Assembly: GCA_030295235.1 (NCBI GenBank)
Contig: AP026134.1
Coordinates: forward strand, 434,001-498,000
DNA from: Fistulifera solaris
Lineage: Eukaryota
Direction: 5' to 3'
DNA: 64,000 bases
The notes under the pieces are model-generated. The model searched no databases, was not told where the DNA came from, and saw only the letters and a list, made by a program, of their open reading frames with translations. The first letter of the stretch is position 1. Each line of letters begins with the position of its first letter. The position numbers and the translations under genes are program-made. Shown here in pieces: positions 61,573 to 64,000 of this stretch.

Positions 61573-62955
61573 TTATACTTCATATTCTTGATCGTGAGAT
61601 TTCTTTTCGTCGGCGTCTTTCAGCTGTGTTAAACTTCTTTGAATAGCCCACTCGGCAGCATCTACAGCCCCAGAATCAGTCGCCCCCTCTGCCTTTTCTG
61701 CTTCAGCACGCGCCCTATCTTCTCCAGAAAGTTTTTCCCTTTCTTTTGGTACATCGGAATCTATTGATCTGTTCAGAGCTGTGAAGTCTTCGCTGTTAGG
61801 ACTCCCGAGAGATTGGTCACCAATCATAGCTGCAGCCCGACCAACTGCGTCCCAATCTCCGCGCTCGATTGCCAACTCAAGAGCTGATCGCTGCTCTTTC
61901 AAAGAATCTGGCGAAACAAATATGGATATATCTGAATCACCAGGAGTGCTTGGCATGGACTGAGGACTTGCTATCGTTTGTGCTGCAGGCTTAACTCCGG
62001 GAACTACACCACGCTGAACAGTTTGCTTTGCTTTCACTTTTGCTGCTTTCTGGCTAGCAGCTCGGGCCTTCTGAGCGGCTGCTCGCTCTTGCATTGGTCT
62101 TAAAGTTTCTATTAACTCTTCTTCACGTCCCTTGAATTGATTCATCATTTCGTCTACATTGTCAATCTCTTCCGGAACGACCCGGCGAACTAGCGCTTCC
62201 ACTTCAGCTCGAATTTCCGCCCGCTTGGCTATCTTGCTGGGACTATCAGATAAAGTCGACATGGAACGTGTTGCCCCAGTGTCGGTACCTGTTCCGGTCA
62301 TCGAATCAGCACTCGACTCAACTGAAGCACCGACTGTGCCCTCAACGTTTCGCGATGCCTCTGTTTGGTACTTGGCCGCTGCTAGAACACCTTCCTAATA
62401 ATCGGCATCCAGCCACTGCTCAAACTCAGCCTCGAAAGCGACTTCAATACTCGGAAGACGACGGTAGACAATACCAGACCAATCGCCAGCGTATATCATC
62501 TTATCCAGCGCTTCCCTATTTTTTTCGGAAAGGTTTTCAATCATTATTGAAGCCCGACCAACTGCGCCCCAATCTCCGAGTTCGATTGCCAAATCCAACC
62601 ATGTTCTCCATGTAGTTGGATTGTGCGCCAGTGCCATTCGTAGTGTGCTCGTGAGTTCCTCCACCACATCCGGCGGAAGAGGGCCTGGAAGACGTTCAGT
62701 ACTTGTGGCTAGATAACGATACACTGCTTCCGCAGCTAATGTAGCAAGTGATTTTGGTGAAGACGTACCGTCTCCATGATCGATAAAGTTGTTTGTAACG
62801 GGGAAGAGAGTTGCAAACCAGTTGTTTGGATCCTTTGAAGCATGATGCTTGTATGAGAAGCACTTTATTGTCATAACACGCCGTTTCAGCATCTTACATC
62901 TTATTTCCTGAACTACATCGGCATCCTCTCCATTTTTAACTTGCTGGTGAAACAA
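61573..62955 (-). pseudogene. Chimeric/partial duplicate of the GDW-repeat gene at the right edge, with an in-frame stop at 62395-62397
   Basis: ORFs 62395-62955 and 61573-62301 are in the same frame, separated by one TAG (DY*EGVLAAAK). The segment ~61573-61885 is nearly identical to 63514-64000 apart from indels. Confidence 0.6.
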
Positions 62956-63513
62956 AATTATGAGATCACTTCTGCGATGAATACGAAGCGACAGAGAGCG
63001 ATGTTATACGACTTACCGCAGGGCAACACCGCGCACTTCGTTCCATAGAATGAAAGTGATTCGTTTCGGAGTGACGAGGGCACGCGCATCCCATCTTGGA
63101 ACAATGCTGCCGCTCTTCGTTTTCTTGTTCGTCAGCAGGCCTTATTAGATTAATGAGTCTGGATTGAGTATCATAAAGTAATTGAATTTTCTTTCTTCGG
63201 TTCTTCTGTGATTTTGCTTGTTTTTTTTTGTTCTTTTGCATGATGAAAGTCGAAGTCGGAAAAGATGCGTGATCTGCGCAGACTGCGCAGAGCGACGTTA
63301 CCTACGCGCGAGTGTGCAAGCAAATGTACCGGGAACAATCCGGGACTGGCTGTTCACGGATGTACTCTCTCTCCGATACAGTACCTTGTACGGTACGGTA
63401 CCTTGCCGCTACGACGAACGAACCAATGGGGAGAATCCGTAGTAAATACTACGTACTTGTACCTGGTACCGTACTTATACGATACGAGACTATTTTATTT
63501 AAAGAAAAATGTT

Positions 63514-64000
63514 TTATACTTCATCTTCTTGATCGGGAGAATGGCGCGCTGAAGGTTTCTTCTTGTCGGCCTCTTTCAGCTGTGTCAAACTTCTTTGAAT
63601 AGCCCACTCGGCAGCATCTACAGCCCCAGAATCAGTCGTCCCTTCTGCTTTTTTTCTGTTCAGCGATTTGCATCCACAGTTCAGCTTGTTGTAGTGCTTC
63701 TTCCTCTTCGTCCGTTATTTTACTTGTTGCCTCTTTCTTCGCGGGAGACCCCGAGAACACGAGGGCTTTAGACACAACACCAGACCAATCGCCAACATTT
63801 ATCATCTCATCCAGCTCTTCAGCACGCGCCCTATCTTCTCCAGAAAGTTTTTCCCTTTCTTTTGGTACATCGGAATCTATTGATCTGTTCAGAGCTGTGA
63901 AGTCTTCGCTGTTAGGACTCCCGAGAGATTGGTCACCAATCATAGCTGCAGCCCGACCAACTGCGTCCCAATCTCCGCGCTCGATTGCCAACTCAAGAGC
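63514..64000 (-). CDS. C-terminus of a large GDW-repeat protein (AIERGDWDAVG / GDWSGVV / AAEWAIQRSL) entering from the right edge
   Basis: ORF 63632-63991 plus a frameshifted tail ending at TAA 63514; the tail matches the copy ending at 61573. Confidence 0.65.

Noticed and set aside
62966..63241. 91-aa Lys-rich ORF as an independent gene
   Set aside because: Low-complexity, with no recognisable family; it may be part of the adjacent chimeric pseudogene, but this cannot be supported.
1..64000. tRNA, rRNA, telomeric arrays, transposase or reverse transcriptase genes
   Set aside because: None recognised by eye; small RNAs could be missed without covariance-model searches.

Overview
Gene-dense eukaryotic nuclear DNA. 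It is almost certainly from a diatom, probably a pennate: it carries an Lhcr antenna gene, bipartite signal-peptide+ASAFAP-type plastid presequences, short GT-AG introns and diatom-type orphan families. About 27 protein genes are present: UTP20 (partial), CENH3, a SIRT2-type sirtuin, an HD-domain nucleotidase, a CLC channel, PRP19, a rhomboid, a short-tailed myosin, a GPI-anchored Pro-rich surface protein, a ~9.2-kb DMXL/Rav1-like gene, adenylosuccinate synthetase, Lhcr, RPS3, a CP12-like protein, a SHAQKYF MYB, an MFS transporter, a fibrillin-like protein, BCKDH E2, RPL36, RPL34, a kinase-PDZ-PP2C fusion, a SulP-cNMP transporter and a duplicated/chimeric GDW-repeat gene at the right end. Many conserved genes carry single-base frameshifts, mostly in or next to homopolymers, which suggests an incompletely polished long-read assembly. 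The most notable observations are: (1) a predicted plastid-targeted STN7/STN8-like kinase fused through a PDZ-like domain to an intact PP2C phosphatase; (2) a Rav1/DMXL V-ATPase assembly factor carrying PDZ, 26-aa FDDF repeats, SH2, DEP and C2 domains; (3) a 33-34-bp hairpin-containing tandem array in the rhomboid/myosin divergent promoter; (4) two dispersed intergenic motif families, a TCAYGACTG-N4/5-CAGTCRTGA dyad and GGTACC-rich tracts. All domain calls come from motif recognition by eye; no database search was run.
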